A stretch of 63,617 nucleotides of DNA, the filler included, from Octopus bimaculoides (lineage: Eukaryota): NCBI RefSeq assembly GCF_001194135.2. It is 9 parts of 7 records of this genome, joined end to end, with 100 filler letters (N's around TTAATTAATTAA, not from the genome) between each part and the next. Parts side by side here need not be neighbours in the genome. Positions count along the whole stretch, not along the records: positions 29,059 to 44,496 come from NC_068982.1; positions 44,597 to 48,565 come from NC_068996.1; positions 48,666 to 50,808 come from NW_026366005.1; positions 50,909 to 56,577 come from NC_068989.1; 5 more parts are not named here. One strand, written 5' to 3'. The position numbers and the translations under genes are program-made. Shown in pieces: positions 37,884-51,037 of this stretch. The notes under the pieces were generated by a model. That model was not told the origin of the DNA, made no database searches, and worked only from the letters and a program-made list of their open reading frames with translations. Each line of letters starts with the position of its first letter. Positions within the stretch are counted from its first letter, which is position 1.

Positions 37884-39120
37884 GTGTTGAAGTAGAACGG
37901 AAAATTCAAAATGGTACAGTTTTTTTTTTCCTCTGAGACAATAGATAAAGTAGACCAAAGAAGAACTGATGAAGAGAGATTAAGATTAGAAGCGCTAATG
38001 AGTTAGAGACAGTCATGTTAGAAATAAAAAGAAAAAGTGGGGGCATTTATAGGTAAGAAGGAACAACAACGAAACTTTTTTTTTCAATCACTAAGAAACA
38101 GTTAATGAACGGCAATTAAGTCTGTAATGTCCGTACGCTTGAGATCAGACGATCGACAGGGTAGGAACATTACGGAATATAAACAAAAAAAAAACAGAAG
38201 GAGGAGGGGGAGAGAGTAAGAGTGTGGTGAGAAGATAGGTTGAGGGGGAGGAGGAAGATGGGAAGCATGAAAGAGAGAAAGAAAGGGTTCTACAAAGATT
38301 ACTGAATTTATTGCTTGTATAATGAATGAACCAGATAAAAATGCTAATGAATCTGGTGCCTTCGTTTCGAGCAATACATTCTACTTGTTAACGGACAAAT
38401 ATAGCACTTATTTAAAAATAAAAATATTATCGTGTTTTCTCTTACTATTTATAAAATCACGAGACTTAGAGAGAACCTATGAAGGCCATCGAATCATAGA
38501 AATTATAGATCAGACGACATGTGTTTTTTTTTTTCTGATGACTCTTTTTTTTTTTTTTAAATATTCAGAATTTGTTTTATGTGTTTTTTTGTCCAAAACA
38601 ACAAACCAAATAATCTGAAATTATGGCCGGTTGATTCTTTTTCAGAATCCATAAACTGCTTCTTAGTAACAAAAAAAAAATAATAATAACATCAAGTCAA
38701 CATTTACTGAGAAAAAATGTGATACGGTTTCGTTCGTCACCATCTTTTTTTCTGAAATGGTACATACACAAGTCCAAGGTAAAAAGGGGGAAATTAAAGA
38801 GCGTTAAAGCCAGGGGCTGGTAGTTAAGTGACTAAACAACAATCTTTAAACTTAGACTCGAAGGGATTTCTTTTTAAACCCCCTGTTAAAATTACTTGTT
38901 TATAGATTTATGCAAAAAAATGCCTCCAATTCAGAACCTATGCCACGACATTCTGTTGCTTTTTTTCTACAAAATTTTATTGATTTCACTACATGATAAT
39001 AATAACAATAATAATAACATAGGAGAATATTGTAGTTCGCTTGAAGCATTGTGTATTGTTTGTAAAGAATAAAAAGTTTTGAATGGTACAACAATGCACT
39101 ATAATACAAAAAATGGACTA

Positions 39121-39168
39121 TATAATAATAATAACAACAACAATAATAATAATAACAACAACAACAAC

Positions 39169-39251
<83 letters not shown>

Positions 39252-39381
39252 AAGTCTTAGATAGTTGAAAAGAACAGATAGCATGGTACCGTAGGCCGCA
39301 GGTTGCAAGCTCGCTACGAATGCAAGACTCCAGGAGTTCCAACAAAACCTGAGATAATACTAATACTATTACTACTACTAC

Positions 39382-39452
<71 letters not shown>
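39121..39452. repeat. two (AAT)n/(AAC)n blocks around a short dispersed repeat
   Basis: Directly visible. Confidence 0.9.
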
Positions 39453-39454
<2 letters not shown>

Positions 39455-39916
39455 GGTTTCTTTTTAATTCAATTGAAGAAGCGTTTTGTAAAGAGAGATA
39501 TGGAAATCTATGTTGCCATTCCTACCTTCATTCAAGCCTACCTTCCACCAAAACAACAATTCCGTTCCATTTCATCCGTTTTATTCTGGTTACTTCAACA
39601 AACAGTTTACACATGCCTTCATTTTTTTTTCATCTTTGATCTCTTGACTCAAACTTCGGACTGCAGCCAAGGAGAAAATTTAAGAGTGAATACGATTAAA
39701 GGTAGAATAATGAAATGAAGTTATGTTGTGTTAAACACGGTATTAATATTAAGTTTTAATGAAACATTTTAAGAAATCAATTAAGAGTATGTTAATTAAA
39801 CAGGAACCATGTTGAATAAATTACGAGGCTTTATATAGTCGTCTCTTAGTCACTTTCATCATCCAGACATACATATACGAACGGAAATCACCACACATCT
39901 CATTATATAGGAGAGT

Positions 39917-40140
39917 GAGGCCGAAGACTGGCAGAATCGTTTGTGCGTCGGACAAAATGCTTGGCGACATCACTTCCGGTGTTATGTTCTGAGTTCAAAT
40001 GCTGCCGAGGTCGACTTTGCCTTTCATCTCTTTCGGGATTGATAAAATAAAGTACCAGTCAAGTACTGGAAGTCGATGCAACTGACTAACCATCTCTTCC
40101 TTAAAGAATTGCTGGGCTTGTACCAAAATATGTAAAGATT
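39917..40140 (+). mobile_element. SINE family A copy
   Basis: CTGAGTTCAAATGCTGCCGAGGTCGACTTTGCCTTTCATC core. Confidence 0.85.
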
Positions 40141-41963
40141 TCTATAGGGCAGCGTTGTAATAAGGTTTATAACAGAGCATGGTTTATTAACAGTAAAATA
40201 TTATTCTCTTTCATCAATTTGGATTTCAATCTCAAAGGTAATTTTATTTACAAAAAGTAAAATCGAATATATTGTCTATTTCGACAAATTAGTTTGCTTT
40301 TTAACAGTTGAACTCGAAATAGATAAAGCTATACATACTAACATGTAAATATTGGTTTTGAAAACCTTTTTGATAGAAAATGCCAAAGACAGCAACCAAT
40401 ATTTACACGCCATTATTTATAGCTTTATCTACTCCGAGTTCAACCATTAAAAACGAATTATTTCACGCTCTCACGGAGTTTTTCAATTCTTATGACGTTA
40501 ACTATTTAGTTTGTTGTATTCTATGATTAAGATAATTGTCAAATCTCCAGGAACACCTTAAAACATTTTCATGGTAAAATTTTAAACGTTTTTAGTGAAT
40601 GAATCGTGGTTATGGTACCTTATCCTGTGGTCAGTATATTCACTAAGTGTACACAACATAATCTTTGTCCCATAAATACTTTGACTTCAATTCTTTGCCA
40701 AATATCCAACACAGTAACACATTTCCCTTTCTTGAATTTAAACTAATATCGACCCATAAAAAAAGTTAAAGATTGAAAAAATTTATCTTTCTGGTTTTAT
40801 TTTCACCAAAATCAGCAATTTTCTTCTCTTTATATTTTTCTGATTTGAACTAATGCCATAAATCTATTCCCTGAAATGACAAATATCTTTGGCACCTCTC
40901 GCGAACCATTCGGTGACAGGAAGGAGAAATCTAGCATATCCGTACACGTGTGTATATATGCATATATATAAATATATTTATTTTGGTATGTGAAATAAAC
41001 CCTTTCTTGTCAGTGAAGGAGAAAAAGGAAAACTAGAAATGCCAGTACATTAAAGAAATATTTTTGAGGCGAAACGGAAAATATAGGCATAAAAAATTTT
41101 AACACGAATACACATTCACAAAAAAGTAACTTTACAAAAATGGTGAATTTTCGGTTTCTGAGACCTCTGGGAATTAAATGTTGTACAGATTATAAGAAAA
41201 GAAACAACACAGTTTTATTGACAGAAATATTTTGAAAAAATATTTGGTAAAAAAATGGTGTTTGGAAAAATAAATTTAGAAAAACGACTGTAAAAAAATA
41301 TTTTGTGTTATTTCTTTATTTTCTTGTGATTCTATACATGAATAATCATCGACATTTACTTTTAAGTAGCTNNNNNNNNNNNNNNNNNNNNNNNNNNNNN
41401 NNNNNNNNNNNNNNNNNNNNNNNNNNNNNNNNNNNNNNNNNNNNNNNNNNNNNNNNNNNNNNNNNNNNNNNNNNNNNNNNNNNNNNNNNNNNNNNNNNNN
41501 NNNNNNNNNNNNNNNNNNNNNNNNNNNNNNNNNNNNNNNNNNNNNNNNNNNNNNNNNNNNNNNNNNNNNNNNNNNNNNNNNNNNNNNNNNNNNNNNNNNN
41601 NNNNNNNNNNNNNNNNNNNNNNNNNNNNNNNNNNNNNNNNNNNNNNNNNNNNNNNNNNNNNNNNNNNNNNNNNNNNNNNNNNNNNNNNNNNNNNNNNNNN
41701 NNNNNNNNNNNNNNNNNNNNNNNNNNNNNNNNNNNNNNNNNNNNNNNNNNNNNNNNNNNNNNNNNNNNNNNNNNNNNNNNNNNNNNNNNNNNNNNNNNNN
41801 NNNNNNNNNNNNNNNNNNNNNNNNNNNNNNNNNNNNNNNNNNNNNNNNNNNNNNNNNNNNNNNNNNNNNNNNNNNNNNNNNNNNNNNNNNNNNNNNNNNN
41901 NNNNNNNNNNNNNNNNNNNNNNNNNNNNNNNNNNNNNNNNNNNNNNNNNNNNNNNNNNNNNNN

Positions 41964-42001
<38 letters not shown>

Positions 42002-42122
42002 TAAAATATTTATAAATTTCATACATGGATTATTATTATTATTATAACTGTCATAAATACATATACATAGATACACACACTCGCACGCACATATATGTCA
42101 TAAATACGTACACATACATATA

Positions 42123-42160
<38 letters not shown>

Positions 42161-42170
42161 NNNNNNNNNN

Positions 42171-42229
42171 TTCACCAGTCCTCAGTCAAATCGTCTAACC
42201 CATGCTAGCATGGAAAGCGCACGTTAAAC

Positions 42230-42261
<32 letters not shown>
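42171..42261 (+). mobile_element. RTE-type 3' tail ending in (ATG)n
   Basis: CAGTCCTCAGTCAAATCGTCTAACCCATGCTAGCATGGAAAGCGCACGTTAAACGATGATG matches the tails at 50120-50200 and 63140-63209. Confidence 0.8.
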
Positions 42262-42262
<1 letters not shown>

Positions 42263-42267
42263 ATATA

Positions 42268-42573
42268 CAGGGTGCAATGAATAAACTGTCGTTTAAATTA
42301 TCTGGCCACTTAACTGGGGAGTTAGGTGGTCAGATGTTAGGGGTGATATAGTCGCAGAAATTGTCTGACAGCCTTGATTGGCTTCTCCTGCTTGTGTGGC
42401 ATCGTGCAGAGTCTTGTTGCCAGACATAGGGTCTTCCAACAGCCACCCGCTTGACCCAGAGCTGCACTACCTTCTCAGGCACTTGATGTAGGCTTCCGTG
42501 TTGAGTCTGAGGCCGTGTGGGAAGATGAATGGAGGCATAACTTCGACAGCGCTAGTGATCACTCCAAACACCT
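42268..42573 (-). mobile_element. Tc1/mariner-superfamily remnant, maT/DD37D-like, internally deleted, with 3' TIR
   Basis: Minus strand reads VFGVITS..VMPPFIFPHGLRLNTEAYIKCL and later I(W)PPNSP. The terminus reads TA-CAGGGTGC on +. Confidence 0.8.
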
Positions 42574-43984
42574 TGTTTCTACCAAGAATTCACAACGACT
42601 TCGAACACACAAGAGTAAACAAGAGAGACAGAAACAAGCAGTAACAAGGAAAATGCCCCTTGTATTTGAACACTAAGCAAATATTCTGTTAAAAAAACTT
42701 TTCTTTTAATTTTTCCAAAATTCAATTGTTTTCCATACTTACAGTTGAAAAAGTCTCAATGACTGAAACCAGGACTGAAACGTTTTTTATAAAATTATTT
42801 TAGCATTTTCTACCTTGACTTTTTTTTCTATACATATCAACTCGTGTGTNNNNNNNNNNNNNNNNNNNNNNNNNNNNNNNNNNNNNNNNNNNNNNNNNNN
42901 NNNNNNNNNNNNNNNNNNNNNNNNNNNNNNNNNNNNNNNNNNNNNNNNNNNNNNNNNNNNNNNNNNNNNNNNNNNNNNNNNNNNNNNNNNNNNNNNNNNN
43001 NNNNNNNNNNNNNNNNNNNNNNNNNNNNNNNNNNNNNNNNNNNNNNNNNNNNNNNNNNNNNNNNNNNNNNNNNNNNNNNNNNNNNNNNNNNNNNNNNNNN
43101 NNNNNNNNNNNNNNNNNNNNNNNNNNNNNNNNNNNNNNNNNNNNNNNNNNNNNNNNNNNNNNNNNNNNNNNNNNNNNNNNNNNNNNNNNNNNNNNNNNNN
43201 NNNNNNNNNNNNNNNNNNNNNNNNNNNNNNNNNNNNNNNNNNNNNNNNNNNNNNNNNNNNNNNNNNNNNNNNNNNNNNNNNNNNNNNNNNNNNNNNNNNN
43301 NNNNNNNNNNNNNNNNNNNNNNNNNNNNNNNNNNNNNNNNNTACCCCGATAATCTAAAATAAATTTCAAATTACCCCCGGCGATAACATGAACCCAGTTT
43401 CAAATTACTCATGTGTTACTTTCATTGCCCACCCTCTCTGATCTCACAAGGATTATAAATTGTAACGCTTATAAATATAAGTTCAAGAATGTAAGCTAAC
43501 CTTCAAAATCTGAAAATAATAAAAAATATTGGATTTTTAAACATTCCCTAACATATTTTATGATGCCTTTAAAAAAGACACTTTAAACATCAAAGATTTT
43601 GACTCTCCAGTTTTCAAAGATATAAACATCGAATTCTTTTTTTTTTTTTTATCTTTAATGAGAAACTGGTTTAATTTAGAGGATTGACAACATCATTCAT
43701 TTTCCCCAAAATATATTTCGTTTGTATTTGAAGTTCGTAAATATAAATTTTGTTGCATTTGGTTGCATTTGGCATCATTAGTTTTCTTCACTTTCTGTTA
43801 ACTTAAATCTGTAATTTCTGTTCGAATTTATTAGAGATTTAAAATATAATTACAAATATAGTTATACATTTTAAATGAGATCGAAATATCACACAAAGCA
43901 TGATATACAACAATACACACGCGATTAAAATGTAAGCGAAATATATTTACAGGCAAAAAATATATTAATAGACTTTAAATACGA

Positions 43985-44027
<43 letters not shown>

Positions 44028-44165
44028 GGCTACTGGTTTACTGCATTCATATACCACAGATGCAGGAGTGACTGTGTGTAGGAAGCTTCCTTCCTAACCA
44101 GATAGTTCCATTTAAATATATATGAGAGTTCCATTCGTGCTTACAGATATACATGCTTTCATACA

Positions 44166-44197
<32 letters not shown>

Positions 44198-44596
44198 CAC
44201 ACACACACTCTCACATAAACACACACACACACACACACACACATACATACATACATACATACATACATACATACATACATACATACATACATACATACAT
44301 ACAAGTGCAATCTCTGAATGGAACAGTAAAAATATGCAAGACTTTTCTCAAGTTCCAAATGAACCTTGTATCTTTGTTGGAAACCGGCTCCCTTTTCAGT
44401 GGAAGATTTATAATAATTAAAATATAGAAAAGTCATCCAAACGATGATGTACATATAGGCCCAAGCGTCGCTTTGTAGTAAGACGCTTGCTTCCCANNNN
44501 NNNNNNNNNNNNNNNNNNNNNNNNNNNNNNNNNNNNNNNNTTAATTAATTAANNNNNNNNNNNNNNNNNNNNNNNNNNNNNNNNNNNNNNNNNNNN

Positions 44597-44627
<31 letters not shown>

Positions 44628-44628
<1 letters not shown>

Positions 44629-44792
44629 GACGGGCTTCTTTCAGTTTCCGTCTACCAAATCGACTCACAAGGCTTTGGTCGGCCCGAGGCTATAGTAGAA
44701 GACACTTGCCCAAGGTGCAACGCAGTAGGACTGAACCCAGAACCACGTGGTTGGTAAGCAAGCTACTTAGCACACAGCCACTCCTGCGCCTA
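44628..44792 (-). mobile_element. SINE family B 5' half
   Basis: Close match to the family B head in reverse complement. Confidence 0.85.
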
Positions 44793-45084
44793 TGTATGAG
44801 ATTTCTTTAGTTAATTTCCTGCAAGAAATTCCGCCTTGCAACTGAGTAACTGCCGCTAACAATTCCTGGCTCTCTTTATTTATAGTAAGAATCATTTACG
44901 AGGTCACTTGACACGTTAAAAGCAACAGTCAATTATCATTGAATTCATATTCTTCTGTATTGCATAAAAAAGGGTAAAATGAAAAAAATAGATCACGCTG
45001 TTGTCGTTAAGAAAGTATGTTAACGCTAGTATAAACTTAAGTATTGAATCAAAGCTGTGAAAATGTTATGGAATGGGATTGAGA

Positions 45085-45300
45085 TTTATATTGGCTTTAA
45101 AATTTGGTACAAAGCTCACAATTTTAGGAAAAAGGCACGTCGATTACATCGACCCAGTGTTTAGCTGGTACTTTATCGACCCCGAATGGATGAAAGGTAA
45201 TATCGAATTCGGCGGAATTTGAACTCAGAACATAAAGACGGACGAAACGCCGATAAGAATTTTGCCCGGCATGCTGACGATTCTGCCAGCTCACCGTCTT
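45085..45300 (-). mobile_element. SINE family A copy
   Basis: Core and head match. Confidence 0.85.
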
Positions 45301-46217
45301 TTGGGGGATTATTATTAAGTAATGAAATAATATTATGAAAAACTGATTTGCTGTCGCAAAACTTTTGTGGTGTTAATTATTTTTCTCCGTTATTTAATGC
45401 AGTGGCCACATTCCAAACGCTCCCTCCACCGTCACTCATCACCGCAAACGTAGACAACTTTCTACAGTAAATTCAAAACAAGTGTATTTCACAAATAAAA
45501 TTTAACCTAATTACCCTGTTATTTTGTTGCTTTTACATCCATTGCCCCCTTTTGGCTACCCCATTATCGACCTCACTTTTCTTCAGCACCCCACCCCTTG
45601 AATCTTTCCACTGCCCCCAGATGGGACAGTGCCGCCTACTTTGGGAACCACTGCTTTAATTTTAAAATTATTATCTCAGTAAATTAGAACGTTGTGTAAG
45701 ACACGCTATCGCATAAGACAAACCACCATCTTCTAGCAGAAAAAGGATATGCATTATCATACACGCATATACTCGGTATCCCAACCATAATACAGTCGCA
45801 TTAGCTGTATAGGAATTTTTTGTCACATTTGCGAATAAGAAAGTATGTCTGATACACCGGCACTCATAGTATTTTATTTTAATTTACTAACAAAATATTT
45901 TATGTTTATGAATTTGTTTAGTAAGATTCCTAATGTAAAATCGTGTGCTGAAAAGAGATATGGTTATATTTCGGGATTGTCATTTTTGTTTTCTGTTTTT
46001 AGTTTTGCCAAGTAAACACACGCACTGTATATTCGTTTTTCACTCGTTTTTTAATTGTTCATGTCAATTGTCTGGAAATTTTCCTTCACACATCTGTGAC
46101 TTCTTCAGCGATCCTTCCATCTTACGTTATTCTGTTATATATATATATATATATNNNNNNNNNNNNNNNNNNNNNNNNNNNNNNNNNNNNNNNNNNNNNN
46201 NNNNNNNNNNNNNNNNN

Positions 46218-46260
<43 letters not shown>

Positions 46261-46832
46261 CAGATAGATAGACAGATAGATAGACAGATAGATAGATGCG
46301 TGTTTATCAATTTATGTTGCAAGATTCCTGACGTGAAATCCTGTGTTGAAACATATATTGTTATATTTCGGGATGACCTCTTTTTTTTTTGCCAAATAAA
46401 CACATGCACTATTAATTCGTTCTTCACTTGTTTATCCATTGTTCTTATTTTATGTCCATTATCTGGACATCTTTCGTCACACACCTGTGACCTCTTCTGA
46501 GACTCTTCTATCCCACGTATCTCGTCCTGTTCTGTTTAGCCCATTCGAAACGAATAAAGAACAGATATAAAGTGCGTGTGTTTATTTGGTAAGTAAACAA
46601 GAGACGACCATCTCGAAATATAGCAATATCACAAAATATTTATTTCGGACAAGTCAACTGATTTCTGAAAAAGCCAACCTGATACATTTTTTTAAAAATG
46701 TTATACCATTCTTTATGAAATTGATATGGTACTCATTCCTTTACAAGTGACAGAATCCTGTAAATCCACTTTCATTTTTACAGTCAATAATCAAGGAATT
46801 ACTGCATTTGTAGAAACTCAACTTTATCCGTA

Positions 46833-47197
46833 GCACTTCGTCGGTTACGACGACGAGGGTTCCAGTTGATCCGATCAACGGAACAACCCGCTCGTGAAAT
46901 TAACGTGCAAGTGGCTGAGCACTCCACAGACACGTGTACCCTTAACGTAGTTCTCGGGGAGATTCAGCGTGAAACAGAGTGTGACAAGGTTGGCCCTTTG
47001 AAATACAGGAACAACACAAACAGGAAGATAGTTGTGGTAAAAGAGTACAGCAGGGTTCATTACTACCCCCTGCCGGAGCCTCGTCGTACTTTAGGTGTTT
47101 TCGGTCAATAAACTCTCACAACGCCCGATCTGGGAATCGAAACCGCGATCCTACGACCGCGAGTCCGTTGCTCTAACCACTGGGCCATTGCACCTCC
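46833..47197 (-). mobile_element. SINE family C, full length
   Basis: Reverse complement of 11409-11791; flanked by ACTCAACTTTAT / ACTCAGCTTTAT. Confidence 0.88.
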
Positions 47198-47896
47198 ACT
47201 CAGCTTTATTAGAGTATAGTTTAACGTGGATTACCGGAGAAATAGCCTAACTCTTTAATGCATACGCTACGGATAATTACGATATATGTGAGACAATAAA
47301 CAATCCGAAAGACGTAAAAATTAAAGAGGTGAATAATTGCGCAAAGGACGACGAAATGAACAAGACGGCACCCCAAAACTTTTATTTAATAAAAAAAATA
47401 ACATCATTTCTNNNNNNNNNNNNNNNNNNNNNNNNNNNNNNNNNNNNNNNNNNNNNNNNNNNNNNNNNNNNNNNNNNNNNNNNNNNNNNNNNNNNNNNNN
47501 NNNNNNNNNNNNNNNNNNNNNNNNNNNNNNNNNNNNNNNNNNNNNNNNNNNNNNNNNNNNNNNNNNNNNNNNNNNNNNNNNNNNNNNNNNNNNNNNNNNN
47601 NNNNNNNNNNNNNNNNNNNNNNNNNNNNNNNNNNNNNNNNNNNNNNNNNNNNNNNNNNNNNNNNNNNNNNNNNNNNNNNNNNNNNNNNNNNNNNNNNNNN
47701 NNNNNNNNNNNNNNNNNNNNNNNNNNNNNNNNNNNNNNNNNNNNNNNNNNNNNNNNNNNNNNNNNNNNNNNNNNNNNNNNNNNNNNNNNNNNNNNNNNNN
47801 NNNNNNNNNNNNNNNNNNNNNNNNNNNNNNNNNNNNNNNNNNNNNNNNNNNNNNNNNNNNNNNNNNNNNNNNNNNNNNNNNNNNNNNNNNNNNNNN

Positions 47897-47982
<86 letters not shown>

Positions 47983-48130
47983 TAATAATGGTGATGATGG
48001 TGTTGTTGATTTCTTTTTATATATCACAAGAGAAAGCACAACGGCAGAGGAGTGGTTATTAAAAGATTTCATTAGAATAAATAAATAAATAAATAGAAGT
48101 ACTTTTACACAAACACACACACACACAATG

Positions 48131-48161
<31 letters not shown>

Positions 48162-48903
48162 ACAAAAGCAAACTGACAAACAGATGAAGGTACGAACGAA
48201 GAAAACAAAGAAAATAAACACTTGGGTATACTTAGATTTTAATAGGAGAGGTAATTTGTCAGAAATATCAAGAAACTGGAAGAAGATTCTTTTGCAGATT
48301 TTATTATTATTATTTTTTTTAATTTGAGGTTTTGTTCATTATCCTTTTATTTTTGTTAAATCTGGACTTTTTCTTTTATTTTACCTTTTTTTCTTTCTTT
48401 ATTCAATTATTTACTTTATGTTGCGTAGGAATAATACATAAAGAAAAAATAAACGAGCACTGAAAGGCATTCCACCTAAAGGTGGTTTGAATAGCGTCCA
48501 CAAACGCATACGCATTGTGCTCTCATTTATACACACTCATAAATATATGCACACACATACACATTNNNNNNNNNNNNNNNNNNNNNNNNNNNNNNNNNNN
48601 NNNNNNNNNTTAATTAATTAANNNNNNNNNNNNNNNNNNNNNNNNNNNNNNNNNNNNNNNNNNNNTAAACTTTAAACTGAACTTCATTTGTTTAAATTCT
48701 ACGGAAACAAGCGAAAGTGGACGAGTGACAGATAGATAGATATAGAGAGATAGATAGATAGAGAGATAGACAGACAGACAGACATATAGATAGCTCCGGC
48801 CAGTCAGTAGCCAAAGAATCAACTCAAACCAGCAGTAAAGTTCCTTGTCAGATTTTTCTACTTTCACTTCTGACAGCTAATACCATGACAGTGCCCAATG
48901 ATT

Positions 48904-49285
48904 GTTGGCACTCCGTCGCTTACGACGATGTGGATTCCAGTTGATCCGATCAATGGAATAGCCTGCTCGTGAAATTAACGTGCAATTGGCTGAGCACTCC
49001 ACAGACACGTGTACCCTTAACGTAGTTCTCGGGGATATCCAGCGTGACACAGTGTGACAAGGCTGACCCTTTGAAATACAGGCACAACAGAAACAGAAAG
49101 AAAGAGCGAGAGAAAGTTGTGGTGAAAGAGTACAGCAGGGTTTGCCACCATCCCCTGACGGAGACTCGTGGAGCTTTTAGGAGTTTTTGCTCAATAAAAA
49201 CTCACAACGCCCGGTCTTTGAATCGAAACCGCGATCCTATGATCGTGAGTCCGCTGCCCTAAGCACTGGGCCATTGCACCTCCAC
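48904..49285 (-). mobile_element. SINE family C, full length
   Basis: Perfect TSD GCCCAATGATT at 48893-48903 and 49286-49296. Confidence 0.9.
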
Positions 49286-49464
49286 GCCCAATGATTATTT
49301 AGCCTTTAATGAATTAGTAGACCAAACAACGAAAAATTAAAACAGGGAAAACAACAGAAAAAAAAAGTAAGAAAGTAAATTTTAGATCTTAAGCGACATC
49401 AGTTACAGCGACATTTGTCAGGACATTATCGAAAAGTACAGACGAGAAAGTTGAGAGTTGCCTC

Positions 49465-50205
49465 CCTTAGCGAAGAGTTGCCCTCCACTCCGAGAATGTG
49501 GTGGGTGCTTTTATGTGACTCCGGCACGAGGGCCAGTCAGGCGGTTCTGGCAACAACCACGCTCAAAAGGTGTTTTTCACGTGCCACCGGCATGGGAACC
49601 AATCCATGGCCCTGGCAACAATCATGCTCAGATGTGCTTCCAACGTTCCACTGGCACGAGTGCCAATCAGTCAGCAATACACATATACGTATATATATAT
49701 ATGTTGTTTCAAGTTTGTTTGAATCGGCATGAGGACCAGTCAGGCGNNNNNNNNNNATCCATGGCCCTGGCAACAATCATGCTCAGATGTGCTTCCAACG
49801 TTCCACTGGCACGAGTGCCAATCAGTCAGCAATACACATATACGTATATATATATATGTTGTTTCAAGTTTGTTTGAATCGGCATGAGGACCAGTCAGGC
49901 GGTTCTGGCAACGACCATGCTAAAAAGGCGTTTTCTGTTTTTTTAGGTAGCACGTAAAAAACACCTTTTGAGCGTGGTCATTACCAGACCCGCCCGACTG
50001 GCCCTCGAGCCGGAGTCACATAAAAGCACCTACTACACTCTCTGAGTGGTTGGCGTTAGGAAGGGCATCCAGCTGTAGAAACATTGCTAGATCAGATTGG
50101 AGCCTGGTGTTGCCATCCGGTTTCACCAGTCCTCAGTCAAACCGTCCAACCCATACCAGCATGGAAAATGGACATTAAATTATGACGACGATGATGATGA
50201 TGATA
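49465..50205. mobile_element. RTE-type 3' UTR fragments in both orientations
   Basis: 49465-49680 is the reverse complement of the 62920-63080 UTR; 49945-50205 is the same UTR on + ending in (ATG)n. Confidence 0.8.
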
Positions 50206-50343
50206 TTATCGACTGAGACAGTATTGATATTGGTTTCAAGTTTTGGCACAAGGCCAGCAATTTTAGGCGAAGGGTTAACCCAGTACACAGCTGGTACCTA
50301 ATTTATTGACCCCAAAAGGATGAAAGGACAGATGAAAATGCCA

Positions 50344-50785
50344 CTCTTTTACTCTTTCACTTGTTTCAGTCATTCAACTGCAGCCATGCTGGAGCACCAC
50401 CTTTAGCGAGCACATCGACCCCGGTACTTATTCTTTGTAAGCCTAGTACTTATTCTATTGGTCTTTTTTGCCGAACTGCTAAGTTATGGGGACATAAACA
50501 CAGTGTGCACACATGACAGAGTGTAAGCACCCCGGGAAAAATGTTGGACATTAGAAGCATCGGATGTAGCGGGCGAGAGAGAGGTTTGTGTTGGTATGGT
50601 CATGTACTACGGATGAATGGAGAGAGCTGCGTGAAATTTCTGTCTTCCAAATCTACTCAAGGCTTTGGTTGGCCCAAGGCTATAGAAAGAAGACAGTTGC
50701 CCAAAGTGCCTGACAGTGGGATTGAACCTGGAACCATGTGGTTGGGAAGCAAGCTACTTACCACACAATCACTCCTGCACCTATA
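50344..50785 (-). mobile_element. SINE family B split by an RTE ORF fragment (about 50515-50635, +)
   Basis: Family B 3' half 50344-50508 and 5' half 50640-50785; between them the + strand reads LDIRSI..RERGLCWYGHVLRMNGESCVK. Confidence 0.75.
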
Positions 50786-50908
50786 TATATATATATATAT
50801 ATATATATNNNNNNNNNNNNNNNNNNNNNNNNNNNNNNNNNNNNNNNNNNNNTTAATTAATTAANNNNNNNNNNNNNNNNNNNNNNNNNNNNNNNNNNNN
50901 NNNNNNNN

Positions 50909-51037
<129 letters not shown>

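Noticed and set aside
37480-37886. Exact ~180-bp duplication around the gap at 37662-37715
   Set aside because: Identical sequence on both sides of a short gap is typical of unmerged contig overlap.
40150-43980. AT-rich blocks that might be DNA-transposon termini
   Set aside because: No matching terminal inverted repeats or TSDs could be identified across the gaps.
49603-49897. Exact ~140-bp duplication around a 10-N gap
   Set aside because: Assembly overlap artefact.
50110-50145. Minus-strand CTGAGGA-CTGGT-GAAAC in the RTE tail
   Set aside because: No stem II pair and no NUH triplet after stem III.
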